From the IMG/VR virus record IMGVR_UViG_3300027708_000032, positions 64,066 to 128,065 of that record: 64,000 nucleotides of DNA; one strand, 5' to 3'. This document shows, in pieces, positions 40,307-50,000 of the stretch; within the stretch, counting starts at the first letter, position 1, and every line of letters begins with the position of its first letter. The stretch comes from a virus. A model generated the notes under the pieces. That model was given only the letters and a program-made list of their open reading frames with translations, ran no database searches and had not been told where the DNA came from. The position numbers were made by a program, and so were the translations under genes.

Positions 40307-41494
40307 TTAAACAGTATATATAAACTCTGATACTTTACCCTTCTCTACATCATGCACTTCCATGAGAGCTTGACGCTTAGAGCCTACAAACTTATTATGG
40401 TAATGCCAGTAGTCAGTGGAGCATAAACTAGGTAAGTGCTTAATAGCAAAACCATTATGTTCATTTTCTGTTATATACTCTGTAGTTTTCTTAGAATGGA
40501 AATGTCCTGTGTAGCATGTACGATATTTGGTCTTTCCCCACGACATAGGAAATTCTGTAGCATAAACTAAAGGTGTGTTTTTCTTAGTAACATCTCCATG
40601 TTCAAAAGCAAAAAAGTTATGGCCACAAACCACAACTTTTCTTTCTGCATATTCTACGTCAAAATAAATGCTATAATCTTCATGATCAAAACATTTAGAT
40701 AGAGCATGAGCTAGATGATATGAACTTAGTCTATCATGATTACCTGGTATATAGACAACATGTAAGTTTTCACAGAATTGTTTAATGTAACTTACAGACC
40801 AATAGAGAGCATTGAATGCTTCCGTGTATGCGTGCTGAGCTCTCTGATGGTTATCTAGTGGTGTGCCTGATGTGGTAGTACCAGAGAATGTATCCATGTT
40901 AAGAAGGTCACCACCTATTACATAAACTATCTTGTGTAGCTTATGAGACATAAAAGCTCTCTGAACTAAGTTAGTTATAGATTGTTTAAAGTGATGGAAT
41001 ATCCACTGGTTATCTTCTTTACCAAAGTGTAGATCCTGTGTAGATAATACACCTATACAATCCCTATCAAACTTTTCATTTATAAATACTTCTCCAATTG
41101 GTTGATACTCAGGTTTAAAGTTAGCTATCACCTCAGCTAATATATCTATAGGTTGATGCTTAAGAGCACTCACCATAGCTGATACCATCCAACCACTATA
41201 TGTTTCTTTGTTCCAGTAACTACTGAGCTTCCATTTAGTAGTATCTATCTTTAAAAGTTCTATGATTTCTTCAGATGATCGTGGTTCAGAAACAAGAATA
41301 CCTTTTAGTTCTGCGGTTCCTTCATCTAGGTTTTCTTTCCACTCTATAATTTTATTGGTAGGTTTGGGGGGAGAGTTTTGTACTTGAGCTTTTAAACTTT
41401 TGTATTCATCAAGAGAGAGACCTAAGCGTGAGGCACAATAGTCATCAGATTTTTTCCATCTAATGCTACTGTAAACCTGATTTAATAAATTCAT
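40307..41494 (-). CDS. Calcineurin-like metallophosphoesterase with possible N-terminal HTH, 395 aa
   Basis: Complete motif set DLHFG, GGDLLN, PGNHD, EHGD, GHFH. Confidence 0.85.
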   Translation of the reverse strand: MNLLNQVYSSIRWKKSDDYCASRLGLSLDEYKSLKAQVQNSPPKPTNKIIEWKENLDEGTAELKGILVSEPRSSEEIIELLKIDTTKWKLSSYWNKETYSGWMVSAMVSALKHQPIDILAEVIANFKPEYQPIGEVFINEKFDRDCIGVLSTQDLHFGKEDNQWIFHHFKQSITNLVQRAFMSHKLHKIVYVIGGDLLNMDTFSGTTTSGTPLDNHQRAQHAYTEAFNALYWSVSYIKQFCENLHVVYIPGNHDRLSSYHLAHALSKCFDHEDYSIYFDVEYAERKVVVCGHNFFAFEHGDVTKKNTPLVYATEFPMSWGKTKYRTCYTGHFHSKKTTEYITENEHNGFAIKHLPSLCSTDYWHYHNKFVGSKRQALMEVHDVEKGKVSEFIYTV

Positions 41495-41555
41495 GGGTTT
41501 AGGGTTTACAAATTAAACTAAAAGTTTTTAACATTTTATTAAAAACTTATCCACA

Positions 41556-41590
41556 TTAAAAGTAGTCCCCAGCGTAGACACGCCAGGGAT
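41556..41590 (-). terminator. Rho-independent terminator-like hairpin ending the glycosyltransferase operon
   Basis: Minus strand CCCUGGCGU-GUCU-ACGCUGGGG forms a 9-bp stem with two G.U pairs (it pairs fully only on the minus strand), followed by ACUACUUUUAA. Lies just downstream of the 223-aa gene stop. Confidence 0.6.
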
Positions 41591-41622
41591 CTTGTTATTG
41601 GAGGAACCAACAAACCTCCTTT

Positions 41623-42294
41623 TTATTTTTTTTCTATTTTTTCTTTATTCATTCTAGACCACACAGCATCAGGATATTTATTATCAATACTATCTAAATA
41701 ATATTTTTCTTCTTCACTTATAGTAGCAGGATCTATATACCAAGGAACATGTCTACATGCAAAGTCTCCACCTATTCTAACACTTTCATATCTATAACCT
41801 GCAGCTTTAGCATCAAATGAAAATGTCATATCTGTAACTGCTTTGTAAACATTTTCTTCTTCTGTTGGATACCAGCAAACAGATTGATGATGTGTAATAT
41901 GTTTCTTTATATCGGTTTCAGGTACATCATCTAATCTTAAAACAAGACTTGGTTTTCTATTATATTTCTTATAATAGTCCATCATTATTTCTTGCCAGTT
42001 AGATGGCATGTTAGGATTAAGCTCAAGGTCAGCATCCGAGTATACATAAAAATCTTCTGTACATTTAGAAGCATGTCCACTATAAAAAAATGTCCATGGT
42101 CCTAAGTTATTCTGCTGCTTTATAATATTTACGTCATCTTTTATTTCATCATACCATTTTAGCAATGGCGGATATGTAGAAGCATTATCTATTATGTTTA
42201 TTTTAGCATTTCCATTTAACCTAAACAGATCCTCCACCATCTTTTTAGTGGTGGTAAGCCTATTCATATTAGTTAAATATATTGGATAGTTCAT
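41623..42294 (-). CDS. GT-A fold glycosyltransferase (GT2-like), 223 aa
   Basis: INIIDNASTYPPL, NNLGPW and YVYSDADLEL (DxD). Confidence 0.75.
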   Translation of the reverse strand: MNYPIYLTNMNRLTTTKKMVEDLFRLNGNAKINIIDNASTYPPLLKWYDEIKDDVNIIKQQNNLGPWTFFYSGHASKCTEDFYVYSDADLELNPNMPSNWQEIMMDYYKKYNRKPSLVLRLDDVPETDIKKHITHHQSVCWYPTEEENVYKAVTDMTFSFDAKAAGYRYESVRIGGDFACRHVPWYIDPATISEEEKYYLDSIDNKYPDAVWSRMNKEKIEKK

Positions 42295-42301
42295 TATAAA
42301 T

Positions 42302-42841
42302 TTATTTTTTAAATAAAAATATTACATCATCATACCTACCTTTAACACCTCTTAGATCTATTATTTCAAAAGGGTATCCAAGTTCTTCAAAATGTTTTTT
42401 ATCTAAATCAACATTCTGAATATCTTCTACTATTACCATACCACCTTCTAAAATATTAGGGTAAAACTTTTTTACAAAGTCTAACTGATCTTGTAACATA
42501 TGAGAACCATCATCTAAAGCTATTTTAATTTTCATACCAGTTATTTCTTCTGAAGTAACTTTATTTATATCTTTTACAATATAATTAGTTCTGTTATTGA
42601 AAGTATTAGGTATTGCACTATCCATTATATCATACCCATAAATAATAGCTTTAGTAAAATAATCTCCAAATAAACGGATACTACCTCCTTCTCTAACACC
42701 CACTTCTACAAAAACTATATCCTCATCTTTATAAGGTTTAAATAATTTTTCATAAGTTTCTAAATATGAATGAGCAGTGTTTTTATCTGTTTGATAATAT
42801 GAATAACCTCTAGAATTAAACAGCTCAGTAAGTGTTTGCAT
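42302..42841 (-). CDS. Class I SAM-dependent methyltransferase (probable sugar O-methyltransferase), 179 aa
   Basis: TDKNTAHSY, FVEVGVREGGS, YGYDI, IALDDGSH and GGMVIVED. Confidence 0.85.
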   Translation of the reverse strand: MQTLTELFNSRGYSYYQTDKNTAHSYLETYEKLFKPYKDEDIVFVEVGVREGGSIRLFGDYFTKAIIYGYDIMDSAIPNTFNNRTNYIVKDINKVTSEEITGMKIKIALDDGSHMLQDQLDFVKKFYPNILEGGMVIVEDIQNVDLDKKHFEELGYPFEIIDLRGVKGRYDDVIFLFKK

Positions 42842-43607
42842 TATGTATGGTTTTTATATTTATAATTTTTCCATTAGCTATATCATATGTAGCATCTTTA
42901 TGCAAAAGCATTTCTTGTTTAAGATGTTCAACATCTAGTTTAGTATTTCTAGTTTCACCTATTCCACCCTTATGACTTATTTCAAACGCAAACTTTTCAC
43001 ATGGTACCGTCATAGGAGGATTAAAATGAAAGTAGGTATTTATATAGCTCTCATCATTTACACCAGGTTCATACGGTATTTTCTTATCTTCTATCTGCCA
43101 CTCTCTAAGAGTTTTGCAAAAGTCTACCACTCTATCTTTCTTACCACCAAAGAATGCTCCATAGTGATATGTATATGGTAGTTTACTATCTAATGGTACA
43201 TAAGCTTTAGACTTTTCAAACCTGTCAAAACCAGCACCATTTTTTAACCAGTCTCTATTACCATAGTGTTCTCCACCTACCATGTCTCCAAGAAACCAAT
43301 CTGCAGTAAAGTCTCTAGACACACTAGTATCAGCATCAAAGTAGTAGAGATAATCACTATCACAATCTGCAAGATCTACTATGTTTCTAAACTTATCATT
43401 TGTAGCATCCACCCAACTAGTATGATGAGCAGGATGATACTCTACCTTTATATCATCAGATATATAAGCAGCAGGATCTTCATCTGAAAAAAAGTAAAAC
43501 TTAATTTCAGACTCTCCTTTATAATGATGCATAAACTTTTTAATAAATCTAACCCCTAGAACGAAGTAGGAGTTAGTAGCTAGTATTACTATTCCTATTT
43601 TAGACAT
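42825..43607 (-). CDS. Glycosyltransferase family 6 (ABO / alpha-1,3-galactosyltransferase-like), 260 aa
   Basis: KIGIVILATNSY, DYLYYFDAD (DxD), YHYGAFFGG and NDESYINTYF are hallmark GT6 motifs. Confidence 0.85.
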   Translation of the reverse strand: MSKIGIVILATNSYFVLGVRFIKKFMHHYKGESEIKFYFFSDEDPAAYISDDIKVEYHPAHHTSWVDATNDKFRNIVDLADCDSDYLYYFDADTSVSRDFTADWFLGDMVGGEHYGNRDWLKNGAGFDRFEKSKAYVPLDSKLPYTYHYGAFFGGKKDRVVDFCKTLREWQIEDKKIPYEPGVNDESYINTYFHFNPPMTVPCEKFAFEISHKGGIGETRNTKLDVEHLKQEMLLHKDATYDIANGKIINIKTIHNANTY

Positions 43608-44512
43608 GATGTTTGTTTGGTTTTTATAATTTCTTGAACGTAGTTAAAAGAGCAGAAGTTTGTATTAAATGCTTGGTTTTCTATATCTGCATATGGTAGC
43701 TTGCTCATGTATGCACCCTTGTAGAAAAGATCTTTTCTGTCTGCTGTTACGCCAGCATTGTGAAAGATGGGATGCTTATCATAGTCTGATATATGAGAAG
43801 TGGCCCATGAGAATGAAAGCTTATCAGAAACTTTTACAACACCTCCAAAGAACCATAGGTTCCATAGTACAGCCCACATATCAGCACACCATATCTGTAG
43901 TGCATGAGGTGGGTTATCTTTTTTAATCTGGTCATTAACCATTCTAAAAAGATTTTCAGAGTCATAATACACTTTCTTCCAAAACTCTACAGGAATATTT
44001 TTCATGAGATACTGAGCTCCACCACTTTCTTTCTCATTAAGAACTACATGTTCTTTGTTTACATTCACTATAGATGTCATTAAATCTAGATAGTGCTCTC
44101 CTTTAGAACGTATATAGTTAGCACCTATGTAACTGACAGTATCACTTACATAGTTTATCTCATCTTGTAATAGTTCACTAAAGTCTATAGGTTTGCTAAA
44201 AATAATATCACAGTCATGGTAGAATACTGTTTCCTTTGCTAGTTCAGGATAACGCAGCCAATGCTGGTGCAGAATATGGGGACGTATACTAGAAATATAC
44301 CCTGGTTTAACTCTTTCATCTTTGTAAAAGAAAAATCTAACAGTGTTATAATTAGCTGCTAGCTTAGTCCAATTTTCTGGAATCTTTCCTGAATAACCAG
44401 CTACTATTTCTATATTATTAGGATTAACTCCATTTTTAATAAAGTTGTTAATCATAACCTCCACCTGCCAAGTATAGTAGTCTATAGCAGGTTGTGCACA
44501 AATAAATCTCAT
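43595..44512 (-). CDS. GT-A glycosyltransferase resembling peptide O-glycosyltransferases (GT95 HPAT / GT96 SGT-like), 305 aa
   Basis: YYTWQVEV, YISSIRPHILHQHW, VFYHDCDIIF (DxD), GGAQYLM, WCADMWA and IFHNAG resemble, by eye, the Y-x-x-W-Q / NKP / D-x-D / W-x-x-EMY / IxHY motifs of plant HPAT/SGT enzymes. Confidence 0.6.
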   Translation of the reverse strand: MRFICAQPAIDYYTWQVEVMINNFIKNGVNPNNIEIVAGYSGKIPENWTKLAANYNTVRFFFYKDERVKPGYISSIRPHILHQHWLRYPELAKETVFYHDCDIIFSKPIDFSELLQDEINYVSDTVSYIGANYIRSKGEHYLDLMTSIVNVNKEHVVLNEKESGGAQYLMKNIPVEFWKKVYYDSENLFRMVNDQIKKDNPPHALQIWCADMWAVLWNLWFFGGVVKVSDKLSFSWATSHISDYDKHPIFHNAGVTADRKDLFYKGAYMSKLPYADIENQAFNTNFCSFNYVQEIIKTKQTSCLK

Positions 44513-44539
44513 ATGTTGGTTTTAGTTTGGTTTTATTTT

Positions 44540-46165
44540 TTAACAAGCTACATCAACTAATACAATACTTGCTCCACTTACTCCTCCAGCATCATCAAGG
44601 AATACTCCAGTAAATGTTATAACTCCTGGTGCAGTTATTTGTACACAAGTTGGTGTACCATTGGAATCTGTTAATATTACAGAACCATGAATATCAAAAT
44701 TATTTATAGTTACTTCAAAATCATATAAACCATTAGGTAATGTAATAGTACCATCTTGTAATGATGTAAGAGGGTATGTTCCAGCATCTAATGGTAAAGG
44801 TAATCCTGAACCTAGATCAGTTATTGATAGTATTTCCATACCATAAGTAACATCTGAATTTTGAATATGCATTATAGTAACAGTAGGATTAACTGTAGTC
44901 GTTGTACTAGTGGTTGTTGTTATAGCAGGATCAGCTGTTGTTGTTGTCGTTGTAGTAGGCTCTACAGTTGTAGTTGTAGTTGTAGTAGGTTCTATAGTAG
45001 TGGTCGTTGTAGTAGGTTCTGCTGTTGTGGTTGTAGTAGTTGTAGGTATTTCAGTGGTAGTAGTTGTAGTAGTAGGAATATCCTGACATACATATTGTGT
45101 ACCAACTGGAACACAATCTGGACCTTCTATAAATGAAGTAATACAATTTGCACCAATAAGTGGATTAGAACCACAAACTGTATAAGATCCTCCAGGAGGT
45201 AAACTTGGTACATATTGTAATATACCATTACAATCATTATATTTAGCTGCAATTGGATCAGAATAAACAGCACATGTGTTAAAGAAGGTTATGCAATGAC
45301 AGTTAGGAGCTGGATTAGGAGCAGGACAAGCTACACCAGGTGTAACTGTAACACCAGCTATTGTAGGAATAGAATCTAAACAAGCACAGATTTCTGCTGT
45401 ATTATTTAAAGGATCTCCAAGTACAACAACACCGTTAGGATCAGGTAGACCTGTCAAACAATCTGTAAATGGAACTGTTACATCAAAACCAGAATTGTTA
45501 GTAACAGTATATGTAGCACACTCACATAAGAATGGAGCAAATGGACTAGCTGTTGTTGTAGTAGTAGTGCTAGACGTAGTACTTGTTGTGCTAGTAGTTG
45601 TAGGACATAAATCTAATGCATTAACTACACCATTGATCATTGTAACCACTCCTGGCTGACCACCAATAATATAATAACCATTTGGTACAAGTGTACAATC
45701 TGTAGTATCTCCATTATATATAACAGATCCATATGATAAAGAAGAACCTTGTGCAGTTATACCTGTTAATGTATTTCCACCTGGATCAGCTAGATATTGG
45801 TTATATGCATTACAAGCATCTACAAGATTAGCATTAAAGCTTACACCATTTATAGCAGTATTAAAATTATAGGTAGTCAATCCTGTAGGTCTTACACATA
45901 CAGTGGTAGTAGTTGTGGTGGTAGTTGTACAAGGGTCAAGCTGTGCAATAATAATATTAAGAATCTGTGTTACAGTGCTACCACTTGTTATACCATAACA
46001 TGTTAAGTCTGGTCCATTGTATATAATACAATCAGACTGATAAGCTTCTTCACATATTATAGCATCAGGGCACAACGTTGTTGTGGTTGTTGTTGTAGTA
46101 CCCACCTTAGCTGGAGGACAACAACATGGTAAGTTATAGTATGAATTATTGCAACCGCACGCCAT
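44540..46165 (-). CDS. Cys-rich, mucin-like poly-Thr protein, 541 aa
   Basis: Several Thr runs including EPTTTTTT repeats between Cys-rich globular segments. N-terminal C...YNGPDLTC domain. Confidence 0.8.
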   Translation of the reverse strand: MACGCNNSYYNLPCCCPPAKVGTTTTTTTTLCPDAIICEEAYQSDCIIYNGPDLTCYGITSGSTVTQILNIIIAQLDPCTTTTTTTTTVCVRPTGLTTYNFNTAINGVSFNANLVDACNAYNQYLADPGGNTLTGITAQGSSLSYGSVIYNGDTTDCTLVPNGYYIIGGQPGVVTMINGVVNALDLCPTTTSTTSTTSSTTTTTTASPFAPFLCECATYTVTNNSGFDVTVPFTDCLTGLPDPNGVVVLGDPLNNTAEICACLDSIPTIAGVTVTPGVACPAPNPAPNCHCITFFNTCAVYSDPIAAKYNDCNGILQYVPSLPPGGSYTVCGSNPLIGANCITSFIEGPDCVPVGTQYVCQDIPTTTTTTTEIPTTTTTTTAEPTTTTTTIEPTTTTTTTVEPTTTTTTTADPAITTTTSTTTTVNPTVTIMHIQNSDVTYGMEILSITDLGSGLPLPLDAGTYPLTSLQDGTITLPNGLYDFEVTINNFDIHGSVILTDSNGTPTCVQITAPGVITFTGVFLDDAGGVSGASIVLVDVAC

Positions 46166-46185
46166 TTTATTTATATTTTAATGTT

Positions 46186-47043
46186 TTAAAAACAACTACC
46201 TAAATCTATTATTAAACCTGTAACATCAACTCTATATACAGTATCATATGAATCTAGTGACATTCTATATAAACCAGGATTTACTGGTGTACCATATGAA
46301 TCTGCATATATATAACACCCTAGCCCTACTGTTTCACAGTTACTATACACTTCATATTCTTGACCATAACAATCATACATATTAAAAGGAGATGGCCTAC
46401 CTGTAGGAGATGTAGTAGTAGTTGTAGGTAGTGGTGTAATATCATTTATAACACCTGCTTTAATATTATAACAGTTAAAGCCATCTGAATAAGTACCATC
46501 TATTACTACACTTGTAAGATATGGATCAGCATATAATGTATTACAAGGAGGATTTAGGGTTAATGAGAAACATCCTGAAGGTAAATAGTATGTTGTAGGA
46601 TTGAGTAAAAACTCTTCTCCTGCTGTAATACAAGATGTTGAATTAGTAGTTCCACCATACCCTAATAATATAGGAACACCAGGAGCAGTGGTTGTACTAG
46701 TCGTTGTACTAGTAGAAGTTGTGCTTGTAGTAGTTGGTTCTAGTGTTGTAGTACTTGTCGTTGTAGATGTTGTAATAGGTTCTAATGTAGTGGTAGTTGT
46801 AGTAGTAATGATATTTAAAAAGATGTCTAAACTAACTGGACAATCTATAGCAGTAGATACCACTCTTATAGTAACAGCATCATTAGGTACATTAATAGAT
46901 ACAAACCCAGCCAAAAGCTGAGCTCTTGTAACACCTGTTTCAAAAGGACCTGTAACCACTCCTGTATTATCTAGAGAATAGAAGTTAAAGGGACCTGTTC
47001 CAGGACCTATTGTACTTACTGTTATGATTGCTGTTTGTGCCAT
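46186..47043 (-). CDS. Mucin-like poly-Thr/Ser protein, 285 aa
   Basis: Ig-like N-terminal segment, TTTTTTTTLEPITTSTTTSTTT... tract and Cys-containing C-terminal domains. Confidence 0.8.
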   Translation of the reverse strand: MAQTAIITVSTIGPGTGPFNFYSLDNTGVVTGPFETGVTRAQLLAGFVSINVPNDAVTIRVVSTAIDCPVSLDIFLNIITTTTTTTLEPITTSTTTSTTTLEPTTTSTTSTSTTTSTTTAPGVPILLGYGGTTNSTSCITAGEEFLLNPTTYYLPSGCFSLTLNPPCNTLYADPYLTSVVIDGTYSDGFNCYNIKAGVINDITPLPTTTTTSPTGRPSPFNMYDCYGQEYEVYSNCETVGLGCYIYADSYGTPVNPGLYRMSLDSYDTVYRVDVTGLIIDLGSCF

Positions 47044-47053
47044 TTATATTCTA

Positions 47054-50000
47054 TTAAGGAGGACTAGTGGTTGTACTAGTGGTTGTTGTTGTTGGTAAAT
47101 TAGAACAATTTTGTGTTATCACTGCACCACCAGATATTTCATATACTGTTGTATAAATTGCATTTCCTGTTATTCCAACTCCAGTATAACAACCATTAGC
47201 ATCTAAAAGTGTTTCTATTTTATAATTATTTAAAGCATCTGCTGTATTAGTAATAGTAGCTCTATAAAAATGTCTATATGATCTAAGAAACTTTGAAACA
47301 TTACCTGGATATGAATCACGACACCATCCTGTTGGAATAGTTGACGTACCAAAAACACTATAAATACTACCCCAAGTTGCTGCTACTATATAATCTTGTA
47401 TCCATGCAAACATTGGATTTTGTAAAGTTGGAGCAGTAAAAGCCCATTGTATACCATATGATGAACCAGTAACTTTTATATATGTTGTGTAGCTATAAGC
47501 AGGACCTGATGTATTAATAGTGTTAGCACCATTATGATCAGAAACTCCTAAAGTTCCACAATTAGTAGCAAGACCTGAACTTCCTGGACATAATGAAGGA
47601 GTAATATAACCATAAGCTATATTAGCAAGTGTTAATGATATTGTTTTAGTAGCATTATCAAAGTTTACAAATGTTCCATAGTGAAAAATGAAATCTTTAT
47701 TAATAATAGTATCACCAGGAGTGTTGGCTACTCTCACTCTAAATACTACATATTTATAATAATCTATAGTAGTATTAGAAGGAAGAGTAAATGTTCTATT
47801 AGATGGATTATATCCAGGAACATGTATAGCCATTGCTGTAAAGTAGTCATTATAATATGAATCATAATCTGCCTGTTGACTAAATACATATGTATATGTT
47901 ACGTTACCAGTAGTTCCTGTTTTACTAATAGTATAACCACCTGCTGCTAATATATTAGTATTACCAGTATTTCCTACATTACTGCTTCCACAACTTGCTT
48001 GATTTCTTAAATAAGTCCTAATATTTAGTGTAGAAGATGTCCAAGTATATCCACCATATTGACCATCATAATATCCATAAACACCAATATATTTCATTAA
48101 ATCTGATGAAGCATTAGTATCTTGGTTAGCACCAGTACCTGTTATAGCAGGATATTGAGCAAACTGCATATCTAATGTATATCTACAAGCATTAGTATCA
48201 TATGCTAAAGTAGGATGACATACATCTAATATTGGTTTTGTATAATTTAAACTAAAGGATGCTAAACACTTCATAGATAAATCCCAGTTAGTATTAGCAT
48301 TAGCAGGAGCATTATATGAAGCTGTTATTGTAATTTTTATATAATCACCAGGAGTATATGTAAAAGGTGTTAAATTAATTACATCTTTGTAACTTTCCCT
48401 TTTTACTAATTTAGGTGTTACTGTATAGTTATCAGTAGCATTATCAGTACCTATAACTAAATCATGCATTACAGTTTCAGTTGCACCACTTACATATGAA
48501 AACTTAAGTCTATCAGCTATGAGATAACCATTAAAAAAATACGCAAAATACTGTACAGTACCGTCTAGATCAAAGGCTATTGTCTTAGAAGCTTCTGAAG
48601 CTAACTGAGTACCATTTTGATAAGCTACTAAATGCGTATAGTTACCAGTAGTAACAGTACCATTAGTGCAATTAAAGTTTTGTACTAGTATAGGTGTAAG
48701 ACATGTAGCAAGATCCGTTGCAGAGTTATATCCTGATCTAGGAGTAGATGTATATGTAATACCACCTATTGTTGCATATCTAATAACTGGCACCCAATAC
48801 CCTGCAATAACAGGAATAGTATTGGTTCCTGTAAGAGGATGAGCTGTACCAACTGCTGAACCAAACAATGCAGCACCAGCTGTTTTACCTGTTACAAATT
48901 GTACAGTACCTAATGGATCAGTTAATTGATCTTTTCTATACCAATCTATTACATAATCACTTATAATACATGCTCCTCCTACTGGAGAAAAAAGATCTCC
49001 TACATTAATAAAACCAATAGGATTTGGTTCTTGACTAAGAAATGAAGGAGTACAATCTGTACACTTGTTAAAATTAGGTATAGTGGTGGTAGTACTAGTA
49101 GTGCTAGTAGTGGTACTAGTAGTGGATGTCGTACTTGTAGTAGACGTAGTACTAGTTGTAGTAGTAGGTGCTAACGTAGTAGTACTAGTAGTGGACGTTG
49201 TTGACGTAGTACTAGTTGTCGTTGGTCTAAGTGTTGTTGTACTAGTTGTACTAGTTGTGGACGTAGTACTACTTGTTGTACTCGTAGTACTAGTGGTGCT
49301 AGTAGTAGTAGGAGCCAATGTTGTGGTTGACGTAGTACTTGTCGTAGATGTCGTAGTAGGCGGTGCTGTAGTTGTACTTGTAGTAGATGTAGACGTTGTG
49401 CTAGTAGTAGTTGGTCTTGCTGTAGTCGTACTGGTGGTACTTGTGGTAGATGTAGTTGTTGTAGGAGGAATGGTTTGTATAGCACAAACATTATCTATAA
49501 ACATATAATAAACACCATCCCCAGGTCTACTATCTACACCATATATAGAAAGGTATCCATTTCCTGTACATGTTAATGTAACATCTACAAGAGTGTTACC
49601 TATAACATTCTGAATAGCACTAGCTGTTGTACCTGCATAAACTCTTATACTTTTATTATTTAAAAAACCAGAGTTTATAATAGTAAGATCTAATGTTATT
49701 CTATATGTAAATCCTACAGTTAATACATTTTGACCAATATAACCACCTGTTGTACCACCATTATAAGCAGCTCTACCTGCATCCCATACCCAATCAGATG
49801 TAGCAGCACTAGGAAGAGCAGTTTTACCTACTTCCCATTGTGATAAATCTGTATCAAAAGATGGGTTATTAAACTGGTTAATACAATTTCTAAGTGGGTT
49901 AAGAGTTGTACTAGTTGTTGTACTACTTGTTGTAGTAGGAGCAGCAGTGGTTGTGCTCGTGGTAGATGTTGTACTGGTACTAGATGTAGTTGAAGTACTA

